A DNA stretch of 64,000 nucleotides, taken from Candidatus Adamsella avium. Its GTDB lineage: Bacteria > Cyanobacteriota > Vampirovibrionia > Gastranaerophilales > CAJFVJ01. A model generated the notes under the pieces. That model was not told where the DNA came from. It did no database searches and saw only the letters and a list, made by a program, of their open reading frames with translations. Made by a program: the position numbers and the translations under genes. Shown here in pieces: positions 54,867 to 64,000 of the stretch; positions within the stretch are counted from its first letter, which is position 1; the number at the start of each line of letters is the position of its first letter. The DNA lies in the NCBI GenBank assembly GCA_904420445.1, contig CAJFVJ010000003.1, positions 255,090-319,089 on the forward strand, written 5' to 3'.

Positions 54867-55487
54867 TTATTGCAAATAATCTTTGAGTTTTGTTTGCAGC
54901 TTTTGTCTTGCACGTGCTATGCGTGATTTTACGGTTCCGACGGAAGCACCGGTCGCACTTGCTATTTCATCATAAGAAAATCCCTGCAGCTCTCTAAGCA
55001 TAATAACAGCCCTGTATGGTTCCTCGAGTTCTGATATTGCCCGTCTGATTATACGTTTCATTTCAGAATTTTCACTGCATTTATCAGGAGAATCTTTGGG
55101 GCATTCCAACTCTTTTTCGGTTTTTGAACTTTCTTCTTCCTCAGAAAAAAAAGAATCAAGCGAAACAGTATTCAGCTTTCGTCTTTTTTTTCTCAGCTCA
55201 TCAAAGAATATATTTGTTATAATCTGGCTCAACCAGCTCTGAAAACGCCGCGGATTTTTCAAATTTTTCAAAGAACGGGCAACTCTAAGCATTACATCCT
55301 GCATAAGGTCTTTTATGTTTTCATTCTGAGGGTCAAGTTGATATAGACGCATATATATATAGTTTTCATGACGTCTGATTAACTCCTCCATAGCAAGATT
55401 ATCTCCTCTTTGTGCATTTATAACCAAATCAGAGGTATCAGAGTTTTTATACTTATTTTTTTGAAAATATTCTCTCGGATTTTTCAT
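54867..55487 (-). CDS. ECF-type RNA polymerase sigma-70 family factor
   Basis: 206 aa. It has region 2 (...ELIRRHENYIYMRLYQL...) and a region 4 HTH (LRELQGFSYDEIASATGASVGTVKSRIARAR). Confidence 0.85.
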   Translation of the reverse strand: MKNPREYFQKNKYKNSDTSDLVINAQRGDNLAMEELIRRHENYIYMRLYQLDPQNENIKDLMQDVMLRVARSLKNLKNPRRFQSWLSQIITNIFFDELRKKRRKLNTVSLDSFFSEEEESSKTEKELECPKDSPDKCSENSEMKRIIRRAISELEEPYRAVIMLRELQGFSYDEIASATGASVGTVKSRIARARQKLQTKLKDYLQ

Positions 55488-55550
55488 GACATTCGTATTT
55501 TTTAAGCTCCATTCAAAAATAAGCCCAAAGTAATTTATCAGAAAGCATCT

Positions 55551-56180
55551 TTGTTATATAATCACTCAGGTATAAATGATTTTTCAAAAAACAAAATGCA
55601 CAACAACAAACTAAAACAACTTATTCTCAAAAATAAAAATCTATATCTGACAATATCTTCAGATAAAGTGGAAAATGACAACGATTTTCTAAACGCAGTT
55701 GCCTCGGCATTGAACAACGGAGTGCAAATAATTCAGCTGAAAGATAAACACTCCTCGCCAAAAAGAATTGTAGAACTGGGAAGAAAACTCAGAGAACTGA
55801 CTTCCTTGTTTGACGCCCTGTTTTTCATAAACGGAAGAGCTGATATAGCCTATGCTCTTGATACTGACGGAATCCATCTTGAAGAAGACGACCTGTGCAT
55901 TCATACGGTTAGGACAATCCTTGGAAACAACAAAATAGCCGGAATATCTGCAAAAAATTCTCAGCAACTTTCAGAAGCAATAAAAGAAAACGCAGACTAT
56001 ATAACCATCTCAGATAACCTGATTGATAAAATACCTCTACTCAAAATGCCGTATTTTTTAGAACCTGATAACATAGAGAATCTTAATCTTTTGATAAAAC
56101 AGGGCATAAGACGCTTTGCCCTAAATGAAGATATCCTGAAAACCAATCCTGATATTCTTCAGAAACTCAGACAAAATTGA
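55551..56180 (+). CDS. thiE: Thiamine-phosphate synthase family protein (ThiE/TenI-like)
   Basis: 209 aa with VQIIQLKDKH...FFINGRADIAYALDTDGIHLEEDD. The track start is a TTG, and ATG 55596 is an alternative. Confidence 0.7.
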   Translation: MLYNHSGINDFSKNKMHNNKLKQLILKNKNLYLTISSDKVENDNDFLNAVASALNNGVQIIQLKDKHSSPKRIVELGRKLRELTSLFDALFFINGRADIAYALDTDGIHLEEDDLCIHTVRTILGNNKIAGISAKNSQQLSEAIKENADYITISDNLIDKIPLLKMPYFLEPDNIENLNLLIKQGIRRFALNEDILKTNPDILQKLRQN

Positions 56181-56838
56181 AAGTATCACAAGATAAATCA
56201 TCTTTATGAAAATCAGTTCCGCCGGTTTTCAGCAGGCTGTATTTTTCAGCCAGTTTTTTGATATTCTCGCAATCATAAAACTTGATAATCCGTCTGTGAC
56301 GCCTATAAGGATAATACACCTCTATACCCTCCAAGCCGTAAGATATAAGACGTTTGATAGTATTGTCCATATTAAAAGTCCACATACAGCATGGATGGGC
56401 AACAACAGCCATGCCTCCTGCTTTTTTGATTGCCTGAATAACTCTTTTGGCACTTCTTCTCGGGAAAATACGTATGATATCATATTCTGTTGAGCACTTA
56501 TGATGAGCATAGAGTTTTTTGAGTTCTTCACACTCAAAATCCACATCATACCCGAGAATATGCATAAAAACATACCCGTCCCAGCAGTCAAATTCAATAC
56601 CTTTAACAATCTTGATATCTTTATCTTCGAGGTCTATTTCATCATAAGCCCTCATTGTATTATGGTCAGTAATCGATATCATTCTCAAACCGTTCGCCTT
56701 CGCCTGAGCAACAATTTCTTTCGGACTCAGCATACCATCAGAAGCACAGGAGTGCAGATGCAGATTGACTCTTGAAAAAAACTCTTCCTCTGATATATTT
56801 TCCAAAAAATTTTTCATAAGCTTATAATCTTCCATCAA
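56167..56838 (-). CDS. PHP-domain metal-dependent phosphoesterase
   Basis: 223 aa with VNLHLHSCASDG...ISITDHNT. Confidence 0.85.
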   Translation of the reverse strand: MMEDYKLMKNFLENISEEEFFSRVNLHLHSCASDGMLSPKEIVAQAKANGLRMISITDHNTMRAYDEIDLEDKDIKIVKGIEFDCWDGYVFMHILGYDVDFECEELKKLYAHHKCSTEYDIIRIFPRRSAKRVIQAIKKAGGMAVVAHPCCMWTFNMDNTIKRLISYGLEGIEVYYPYRRHRRIIKFYDCENIKKLAEKYSLLKTGGTDFHKDDLSCDTFNFV

Positions 56839-57586
56839 GCCAGTTAAGAATTTCCGTTTTTATCTCGGGCTTGCTCTTATAGAGCAAAATACCTGAACCG
56901 CTGCTAGGATAAACTACTTCCCTGTATTCTCCCTGTGCTATTTTTGAAATCTTATCAACAGCGGCAACAGAAAGCCTGTCATTTTCGCCGGCTATTGCAA
57001 AAACAGGTCTGTCACCGTAGTCAACCAGCTTCAGCAATATGCTCTCCCCGTAAAATTTTTCTGCAGGAGATATCATCACAATAGTTTTGATTTGATATTT
57101 TCTCATCGCTGCGCTCATCGCTGCCGTGTTTGCACCGAGTCCTGAACCGATAATAGCAATCCTCGATAAATCAAGCTGCTTATAGTTTCTTAAATTATCA
57201 ATCCCGAGAACAACATCTTTCGGATATTTTCTGAAAATATCAGCATTAAAATTCTGCCAGTAACGTTTTTGCATTTTTCTGTTATAAATACTCTGCCCAT
57301 GCCCTCTCAGGTCAATTGTCAAAACAGCATAGCCTTTTGAAGCGAGATTATAAGGAAATTTTCCCCAGTTTTTCTGAGTTCCGCCAAGAGAATGGAGCAA
57401 TATTACAACAGGTAATTTTTCTTTTGATTTCGGAATAAACAAATTGCCTTTTATAATCATCCCATCATCAGTATTATATTCAACAGGAAGACTTTTCATC
57501 TTTGAAGCTTTTGCCCCGTAAGCCTCCGTATAAACAAAACACCCTAAAAATATAATCAAAAAATATACTAAAAATTTCTTAAACAC
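56822..57586 (-). CDS. Secreted alpha/beta hydrolase
   Basis: 254 aa with a signal peptide. It has the HSLGG oxyanion region and the GSGLGAN nucleophile elbow. Confidence 0.75.
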   Translation of the reverse strand: MFKKFLVYFLIIFLGCFVYTEAYGAKASKMKSLPVEYNTDDGMIIKGNLFIPKSKEKLPVVILLHSLGGTQKNWGKFPYNLASKGYAVLTIDLRGHGQSIYNRKMQKRYWQNFNADIFRKYPKDVVLGIDNLRNYKQLDLSRIAIIGSGLGANTAAMSAAMRKYQIKTIVMISPAEKFYGESILLKLVDYGDRPVFAIAGENDRLSVAAVDKISKIAQGEYREVVYPSSGSGILLYKSKPEIKTEILNWLDGRL

Positions 57587-57717
57587 GATTCATCTCTTTC
57601 AGTCAAAATTTTTCTTATTTATATTATCAGAATACAAACTCTTTTGCATCCATCAATAAATAGAATTTGATATATAACCGTATTATTTATATAATTTTTT
57701 GAGAAACGGAGAAGTTA

Positions 57718-58443
57718 ATGGAAAAAGATATAATAGGATTCTACGGATACCCTGACCCTCAGATATTTCAGCAGATAATAGAACAAAACAAAGATTGCGA
57801 AATCATAGACCTTGATGTCGACTACAACGCACCTGATGCAGGAATACTTCCTGAAGCCTACTGCGTCATAATCAAAAATATAATTAACAATTCAATAAAT
57901 CTGAAAAACCGTCTGAGATATATCCTCGCATCTGTCGGAGAAGAAAAATGCAACTCCGGGATGTTTGCCTCCATCATTCTGAAAGAACACGGACTTAATG
58001 TTATACAAACAAAATACGAGAAGTATCCGGATATTACATACCCCACCCCTGTTTCAAAAAGCAATCTGCCGCTTGCTGATAAAATAAACGCAATAACAGA
58101 AGGTATCTACAAACCCTGCACAAAAAAACTGACAGAAACAAAACCCACCATAGGCTTCTGGGGGGTGCCTCCGAATGACTTTAGAATATTGGAACTCTTC
58201 CCCGATACAACCCATGTCTATGGCTGGTTGAGATGTGTCGAGGCAAAAAGACCTGCTGACCTGGAGCTTGAAATGCAAATAGACAGAGATGTACCGACAG
58301 TCTTTTTCTCTCAAACTTTTTGCGGTAAAATGCAATTGGCAAAATACCTTGCCGATAAATACAACGGTCTTTACATCGACATCGATGACAAAACAAACAG
58401 ATCAGCCATTGCAAAAGTGGAAGCATTCATAAACCTGAGATAA
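57718..58443 (+). CDS. Half-size 2-hydroxyacyl-CoA dehydratase / BcrBC-like (HGD-D family-like) protein
   Basis: 241 aa with six Cys. The blocks IGFWGVPPNDFRILELF...WLRCVE and VFFSQTFCGKMQLAKYLADKYNGLYIDIDD resemble, from memory, the C-terminal half of HgdA/B-type subunits. It ends 4 nt upstream of the activase gene. Confidence 0.4.
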   Translation: MEKDIIGFYGYPDPQIFQQIIEQNKDCEIIDLDVDYNAPDAGILPEAYCVIIKNIINNSINLKNRLRYILASVGEEKCNSGMFASIILKEHGLNVIQTKYEKYPDITYPTPVSKSNLPLADKINAITEGIYKPCTKKLTETKPTIGFWGVPPNDFRILELFPDTTHVYGWLRCVEAKRPADLELEMQIDRDVPTVFFSQTFCGKMQLAKYLADKYNGLYIDIDDKTNRSAIAKVEAFINLR

Positions 58444-58447
58444 AACA

Positions 58448-59185
58448 ATGACAGAATACTATCTTGACGCAGGAACAACCTGGAGCAAACTGCTCGAACT
58501 TGATGCAGAAGAACAAAACCTATGTTTGGACGCAAAATATCTGATTGAAAAAAACAAAGTATTCAAGGATAAAAACAACAAAACAAGAACAGGCTGCCTC
58601 TACCTCTTCCCGTCAAAACTGCTAAAAAACCTTGACATCAAAATAGACGGTGCAACAGGACATATGGTCAAAAATATGCTCAAAGACAAATCAGGATACC
58701 TGAACGAAATTCTTGCACTCGCCTACGGCTCAAAGAAAAAATTCGGGGACTGCGAAAACAGAGTTATCCTCGATATAGGCAGCAGGGATGCAAAATGGAT
58801 AAAATTCAAGAATAATAAATATCAAGACCTAGACTGGAACGGCTCCTGCGCAAGTGCAACGGGCGCAACAATCGAAATGCTCTGCAAATTTTATAATATA
58901 AACACTGATACCCTCCCTGATGTCGATGAAAAACATTCTGTTACCTGCGGTGTCTTCGGTATGGAGAGAATCATGGATGATATTGCAAACGATGTTTCCC
59001 CTGAGATAAGTATCTCAAAATATATACATGGAATTGCCTACAACATGTGGAATTTCACATCAAGAGAAAAAGAAATTTATCTCTCAGGAGGATTATGTCT
59101 GAACAAATGCTTCATTAAACACCTCGAAAAATATTGCAAGGTTCACCCGCTCGGAAGAAACATGCTTATACTGGGTCTTTTTTAA
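58448..59185 (+). CDS. BcrAD/BadFG/HgdC-type ATPase (ATP-dependent electron-transfer activase)
   Basis: 245 aa. It can be aligned by eye to HgdC: YYLDAGTTWSK (phosphate 1), ILDIGSRDAKWI (phosphate 2), the cluster Cys contexts WNGSCASATG and VTCGVFGMERI, and YLSGGLCLN (adenosine). Confidence 0.7.
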   Translation: MTEYYLDAGTTWSKLLELDAEEQNLCLDAKYLIEKNKVFKDKNNKTRTGCLYLFPSKLLKNLDIKIDGATGHMVKNMLKDKSGYLNEILALAYGSKKKFGDCENRVILDIGSRDAKWIKFKNNKYQDLDWNGSCASATGATIEMLCKFYNINTDTLPDVDEKHSVTCGVFGMERIMDDIANDVSPEISISKYIHGIAYNMWNFTSREKEIYLSGGLCLNKCFIKHLEKYCKVHPLGRNMLILGLF

Positions 59186-59242
59186 AAAAATAAAAAGTGA
59201 TATAATTAAACCTATAATCATAGAAACAGGAGATTTCAGGGT

Positions 59243-59611
59243 ATGTCAAAGGCAATTAACTGGCCTGAAAAATATGCGGAAGAAATTTTGAAAGAAAATA
59301 AAAACGAAATCAAAATCGCCATAAGACTCGGTACGCTCTATGATGAGAATGAATATTACAAACAGGATGACATCGTAGATATCAGAACAGGCGATAAAAT
59401 ATTGCGAAAAGCCCAAATCGCATGCCCGACCAAAACAACAAAAATCAAAAACATCGCAACCTCAGACTTATACAGGCTTAAAGGCGATTTGCACTCAAAT
59501 GACTCTATTGTCAAATTCCTCACTGATACATATAATAAAAAAGTGGATGAAGAAACAACAATCACGATAATAACCTACAAAAACCTTGATATTGTAGAGG
59601 AAGAGACATAA
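59243..59611 (+). CDS. Hypothetical protein, possibly ASCH/PUA-like
   Basis: 122 aa. The pattern of short beta-rich blocks (IKIAIRLGT...DDIVDIRTGDKILRKAQI...TITIITYKNL) is reminiscent of ASCH domains. The call is weak. Confidence 0.35.
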   Translation: MSKAINWPEKYAEEILKENKNEIKIAIRLGTLYDENEYYKQDDIVDIRTGDKILRKAQIACPTKTTKIKNIATSDLYRLKGDLHSNDSIVKFLTDTYNKKVDEETTITIITYKNLDIVEEET

Positions 59612-59738
59612 ATTAATTTTTGTAAATATTAATGTATTTGAAGGAAATTATCAAAACAAATTTTATTTTATAATAGTGAACAAATAAATGTACTACCATA
59701 TATTTCAAAAAACAATCATAAACAGGGGTTAAGGTAAT

Positions 59739-60032
59739 ATGAAGAAACAGCAAAAATTCAAATTCATCAACAACATCAAAGAACTCGGACCACGATTGAA
59801 GTGGATACTGTTCTCTGAAATGCAGGACTACAAAATCAATTCAAAATACATTGATATGATTTGTCCCGAGCCTGAGAACAAATCACAAAAAACTCAATCC
59901 GATATGCTCGAAGAGATGGTAAAACAAACTCTTATCAAAGAATTTTCCCCTGAAATTCAAAAAATGAAATCTTACAATCTTCTTGTTGATGCAGTTGTTC
60001 ACAATCTCAAGAAAAAATCTCTTGAAGACTAA
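59739..60032 (+). CDS. Hypothetical protein
   Basis: 97 aa with a weak RBS. The terminator at 60064-60099 (aaaagtgtatc / gatacactttt) follows. Confidence 0.4.
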   Translation: MKKQQKFKFINNIKELGPRLKWILFSEMQDYKINSKYIDMICPEPENKSQKTQSDMLEEMVKQTLIKEFSPEIQKMKSYNLLVDAVVHNLKKKSLED

Positions 60033-60153
60033 AATAACATCGAACCCCAATATGAATAAAAATAAAAAAGTGTATCTATCAAAATGATACACTTTTTTAT
60101 TATGTACAAATAGGAATAAAGTGGGTTTAATCCCACAGCCTCTGACATCTAAA

Positions 60154-60178
60154 CTGTAATAGGAAACTATTACAGGAG
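60154..60178 (+). promoter_or_regulatory. Candidate RNA thermometer (SD-sequestering hairpin) in the hsp20 leader
   Basis: A perfect 9-bp stem ctgtaatag (60154-60162) / ctattacag (60167-60175) with a GAAA loop. The 3' arm overlaps the SD AGGAG (60174-60178), and the ATG is at 60186. Confidence 0.4.
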
Positions 60179-60185
60179 ATAATCT

Positions 60186-60647
60186 ATGGTCAACCTAATC
60201 AAACACACCAAAAGAGATAACTATATGCATACACTGCAAGAGGAGATGAACAACCTCATTGAAAGTGTCTTCTCAGACTTCAGACCGTCAGAAAAAATGA
60301 CATCTGATATCAAACAAATCTGGCGTCCTTCAATCGAAATGTCAGAAGCTGACAACACCTACAAAATCAAAGCCCAGCTCCCGGGGTTAAATAAAGAAGA
60401 TATCGATATTGAACTGGGCAAAGATTACCTGACACTGAAAGGTTCTAAAGAATATAAAAAAGAACATGAAAACGAAAATCTCTACAGAAGCGAATTTGTC
60501 TACGGTGATTTTCTAAGAACAATCTCTTTCCCGACAGATGTCGATACTGAACATGCTCAAGCCTGCTACAAAAACGGAATCCTTACAATAAATATCCCAA
60601 AAACAACAAAAGAAGAAGAAACAAGAAAACTTGAAATAAAAGACTAA
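60186..60647 (+). CDS. Hsp20/alpha-crystallin family small heat-shock protein
   Basis: 153 aa with an alpha-crystallin domain (WRPSIEMSEADNTYKIKAQLPGLNKEDIDIEL...GILTINIPK). Confidence 0.9.
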   Translation: MVNLIKHTKRDNYMHTLQEEMNNLIESVFSDFRPSEKMTSDIKQIWRPSIEMSEADNTYKIKAQLPGLNKEDIDIELGKDYLTLKGSKEYKKEHENENLYRSEFVYGDFLRTISFPTDVDTEHAQACYKNGILTINIPKTTKEEETRKLEIKD

Positions 60648-60665
60648 AACTTTCTTGTTTATCTG

Positions 60666-60711
60666 AAAAAAAGAGATACCTGTTTGATGTACTCAGGTAT
60701 CTCTTTTTTTA
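60666..60711. terminator. Bidirectional terminator (hsp20 / metalloprotease)
   Basis: Stem agagatacctg / caggtatctct, flanked by A7 and T7. Confidence 0.85.
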
Positions 60712-60724
60712 TTCTCAATTTTTC

Positions 60725-61393
60725 TTATACAGGCACTCCTGCCCCCAAGAGCAAATTATGTTTGCCAAGAATGTCCATAAAGCTTATCATATCATGAGAT
60801 TTTTTTCTCGATGAAGGCAGAACATAATTTTCCAATCTGAGAAATAAATCTTCATCACTCATTCCGACAGGGAATGTATATAATATTTTGAGTACGGTCA
60901 TATCTCTTTCTGTCGGTTCATCAGAAGATGAAAAAGGATTCATAACATCCTCTTTATCATCACTGTGACCAAGTCCCAAAATATGCCCGAACTCATGAAG
61001 AATAAGAGAGTATAACTCTTTCTTATCTACCGGAGTATTCAAAAACTCAGACCCGATACCAAAAGTCATTGTCATCGACCTGAGCCTGCCGTTTGATACA
61101 CTATCACAATCAGAAACTCCGCAGAGCAAAGAAACATTCTGACGCCATCTCACAATGACATCGGCATCTTTTTGAACATCAACAATATTCAAAATCACAC
61201 GCCCTTTCGAAGCGGTATTCCAAGAATCAACAGCTTTCTTGATAAGCTTTTTGCTCTCTGCATTAGATAAACCTCTTATCCCAAGCTTCATCGGCATAAT
61301 AAAAATATTTACAGACGGCTTGTCCCATCTTCTGATACGTCTGTTGTACAAAGAATCCTTAATGTAATTTTTAATATTTTTGTTCATGTCCAA
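60725..61393 (-). CDS. Matrixin-like (M10 family) zinc metalloprotease
   Basis: 222 aa with HEFGHILGLGHSDDKEDVMNP (HExxHxxGxxH plus Met-turn). Confidence 0.8.
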   Translation of the reverse strand: MDMNKNIKNYIKDSLYNRRIRRWDKPSVNIFIMPMKLGIRGLSNAESKKLIKKAVDSWNTASKGRVILNIVDVQKDADVIVRWRQNVSLLCGVSDCDSVSNGRLRSMTMTFGIGSEFLNTPVDKKELYSLILHEFGHILGLGHSDDKEDVMNPFSSSDEPTERDMTVLKILYTFPVGMSDEDLFLRLENYVLPSSRKKSHDMISFMDILGKHNLLLGAGVPV

Positions 61394-61505
61394 CCTGTGC
61401 TCCTCGGAATTATTGCCACTAAAATCTTATACCCAGATTTTCATGTTTTATAACACTTTTATAAAAAGTTGTTATAATAACATTTTTTTTTTATAATTAT
61501 GAATT

Positions 61506-62303
61506 ATGAAAACAGAATGGATAAAAGAAACTCTTACATATAAAATATTCAAAATCATAAAAGAATCCCAATATGAGCTGTTTGAAACACTCGCTGGAAT
61601 AGGAGAAAACTTTTATCTCGTAATAAGAAACATCTTCAAAGTTAACCCGAAAGAAATACTCACTCAGGCATCAAGATTCGGTATAGACTCACTGCCTCTT
61701 GTTATAATCATCGTTTGTTTATCAACAATGATTATATCATTGCAGGTTTCTGAAAAAATGGTTGAACAGGGGGCAAAAGATTATATAGGCACGCTGATTA
61801 CCCTGATTACAATAAGAGAAATGGCACCGATTATGGGAAGCTTTGCCGTAATATCTATGATAGGCTCATCTATGGCGTCAGAAATAGCAACAATGAAAGT
61901 TACATCTCAGGTCGACGCAATCAAAGTAATGAAAATCAACCCCGTCACTTATCTCATAACTCCAAAAGTTATAGCAGGATTTGTTATTATGCCTTCGGTA
62001 ATTCTTATTTCTGCATTTATCGGCATTTTGAGCAGCTACATATCAGTAATCCTTACAACTGATATGTCTTTTCAATCCTTCCTTGACTCTGTATGGCTCG
62101 GGCTGTTTGAAAAAGACCTGTGGGCAATGAACCTGAAATCAGCCGTATTCGGTGGAATGATAGCGCTTATCAGTTCGTCAATCGGTTATAAAACAACAGG
62201 CGGGGCTATAGATGTAGGTATTGCAACGACAAATGCGGTCGTATGGTCTTTCACAAGCGTGGTTATTGCCGATTTCTTCATATCATACTTGTTTTTCTAC
62301 TAA
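61506..62303 (+). CDS. mlaE: MlaE-family ABC transporter permease
   Basis: 265 aa. It is a polytopic permease with the MlaE pattern (...RFGIDSLPLVIII...REMAPIM...). Confidence 0.88.
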   Translation: MKTEWIKETLTYKIFKIIKESQYELFETLAGIGENFYLVIRNIFKVNPKEILTQASRFGIDSLPLVIIIVCLSTMIISLQVSEKMVEQGAKDYIGTLITLITIREMAPIMGSFAVISMIGSSMASEIATMKVTSQVDAIKVMKINPVTYLITPKVIAGFVIMPSVILISAFIGILSSYISVILTTDMSFQSFLDSVWLGLFEKDLWAMNLKSAVFGGMIALISSSIGYKTTGGAIDVGIATTNAVVWSFTSVVIADFFISYLFFY

Positions 62304-62313
62304 GGATAGGACA

Positions 62314-63030
62314 ATGATTAAATTCGAAAACGTATCAAAAAAATATGACGATAAAATTATCCTCGATAATGTTTCCTTCACTGTAGCAGACAGCGAAACA
62401 CTTGCAATCATAGGCTTCAGCGGAACAGGCAAAAGCACCGTTCTCAGGATTATCAGCAAGCTGACAGAGGCTGACTCGGGAAATATTATCCTCAGCAACG
62501 ATGATATCGGTATGGTATTCCAATACTCAGCCCTATTTGATTCGCTAAACATCTATGAAAACGTTGCCTTCGCTTATCATGAAAGACCTGACCTCAAAAA
62601 AGAATATAAAGAATCACAACTCAAACAAATCGTCGCAGAAAATTTGAGAATGGTCGGCTTGCAGAATATCGAAGACCTTTACCCCAGCGAACTATCAGGC
62701 GGGATGCAAAAACGTGTCAGCTTTGCACGGGCAATTATCACACGCCCGAGCATAATGCTCTATGATGAACCGACAGCAGGTCTTGACCCTGTATCATCAA
62801 CTGTTATCGAAGATTATATCGTAAGACTCAAAAACGAGCTGAAAACATCTTCAATCGTTGTCACCCACCAGATGTCAACAATAACAAGAACAGCTGACAG
62901 AGTGATTATGCTCTATCAGGGAAAAATTGTCTGGGAAGGAACACCTCAAGAACTTCTTAAGGCCGATAACCCTTATACGCACCAGTTTGTATATGCAACA
63001 AAAGAAGGTCCTATGACTACATCAGCATGA
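62314..63030 (+). CDS. mlaF: MlaF-type ABC transporter ATP-binding protein
   Basis: The track ORF is 62221..63030. I place the start at ATG 62314 (MIKFENVSKKY) after AAGGATAGG. It has Walker A GFSGTGKST and the signature LSGGMQKR. Confidence 0.9.
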   Translation: MIKFENVSKKYDDKIILDNVSFTVADSETLAIIGFSGTGKSTVLRIISKLTEADSGNIILSNDDIGMVFQYSALFDSLNIYENVAFAYHERPDLKKEYKESQLKQIVAENLRMVGLQNIEDLYPSELSGGMQKRVSFARAIITRPSIMLYDEPTAGLDPVSSTVIEDYIVRLKNELKTSSIVVTHQMSTITRTADRVIMLYQGKIVWEGTPQELLKADNPYTHQFVYATKEGPMTTSA

Positions 63031-63110
63031 AAAACACTATAAAAACATTATTTGTTTTTGTATTGATTTCGGGTAAAATAAAACTTAAATTAGAGGATTA
63101 TAAATAATAA

Positions 63111-64000
63111 TGAAAATAGCTTCTTCAATAAAAGTCGGATTACTCACAATAATAGCTCTGTTCATCCTCGTTGGGACAATCAACTGGCTCAAAGGACGTT
63201 CTGTTTCGCAGGGAGAAAGAATAGAAGTCAGTTTTGAGGATGTTTCTGGACTTAGAGCAGGGGCTGCCGTTCAAATTATGGGCTTAAGAGTCGGACAAAT
63301 TGAAGAAATAACACCGATTATAAACGGCGCAGACAGCTATATAAAAGTAAAATTTGTAATCACAGAACCAAATGTATCTATACCTTATGCCTCGATAATC
63401 TCTATCCAGCAATCAGGTATCATCGGAGAAAAATTCCTCGAAATTACTCCTCCGAAAATAAAAACAGTCTATTTTTCAAAACAAAACGACAATATCTCTT
63501 TGAAAAAAGGCTCAAAAGTTCAAATTTTCTGGAATGATGAATATATCACGGTCGGTGATGTTAAATCTGTCGAAACAATCGACGTTCGAAGCCTTTCTGA
63601 ATACGAAAAATTCGAACTCCAAACACCTTATGCCTACAAAATTGATTTTATGGTTGACAAAGTAGGAGTAGTGCTCCCATTTGAACTCCAAACGGAAATT
63701 AAAAACGGCAACCTTATCCTTATTGCCAAAAATGACTCATCAATCTATGTTTCAAACCTGAACAACAAATATACCGTTGTAGAACCAATCAGAATAAGCG
63801 ACTTTATCGACGTACAGTTTGAAGCGGCAAAATCATTCAATTCTATTAACGCAAAAATCAACACATTGCTGACAGATGAAGTAATCGCTGACCTTCAAAA
63901 AACCCTTGTTAACCTCCAAAAAGTTTCAAGCTCGGCTAATGCAACCTTTGATAATGCAAATATGCTGATAGAATCCTCAAGAAAAGATATCAACGAAATA
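63111..64000 (+). CDS. mlaD: MlaD/MCE-domain protein (3' end beyond the window)
   Basis: It is absent from the ORF track because it has no stop inside the window. ATG 63111 follows AGAGGA. It has an N-terminal TM helix and then the MCE block FEDVSGLRAGAAVQIMGLRVGQIEEI...GIIGEKFLEITPP. The frame is open to base 64000. Confidence 0.8.

Noticed and set aside
55488-55600. An expected TPP riboswitch upstream of the thiE-like gene.
   Set aside because: I could not find the conserved THI-box elements (CUGAGA ... ACCUGAUCUGGAUAAUGCCAGCG-like) in the leader.
1-64000. A search for mobile elements, prophage genes, defence systems, CRISPR arrays, rRNA and tRNA genes.
   Set aside because: No transposase, integrase or recombinase motifs were recognised. 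There are no long terminal inverted repeats, no regularly spaced direct repeats outside coding repeats, and no tRNA-like T-arm sequences. The window reads as core chromosome.

Overview
This is a clearly AT-rich chromosomal segment from a diderm bacterium. Diderm markers are an SLH-domain envelope protein, MlaE/F/D, Lgt and lipoproteins. Anaerobe or microaerotolerant traits are the HydG maturase and a flavodoxin-rubredoxin plus flavodiiron operon. The gene content would fit a non-photosynthetic cyanobacterial relative (Melainabacteria-like) or another SLH-bearing diderm lineage, but that is inference only.

I support about 65 CDSs. Most are housekeeping genes: manC plus a phosphohexomutase, era, hydG, mutL, pdxJ, lgt, rel/spoT, rimI, bioY, folP, murQ, speD-speE-speB, hpf, ubiE/menG, thiE-like, hsp20 and mlaEFD. 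There is one type A RNase P RNA (rnpB, minus strand, about 52291-52634). I recognised no transposase, integrase, CRISPR array, rRNA or tRNA.

The unusual content is not a mobile island. It is a set of small, apparently strongly expressed genes of unknown function:
- Three paralogs of a 131-148 aa helical-hairpin protein with conserved termini and a variable core (16835-17230, 17596-17991, 35890-36336). A promoter-plus-leader relic lies upstream of them.
- A run of membrane-anchored proteins at 29158-31444: two tail-anchored paralogs and a repeat-rich protein. They share a GTTTTTATA...ATATA upstream motif with the hairpin genes.
- Several small ORFs sharing an N-terminal h-S/A-F-[KRE]-G motif.
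- An SLH protein with a Cys-Asp-Pro repeat block.
- A compact operon of an HgdC-type activase plus a half-size dehydratase-like partner.
- Two unannotated peptide genes at 48282-48666.
- A candidate RNA thermometer in front of hsp20.

All functional ideas for these loci are hypotheses. No database search could be run.
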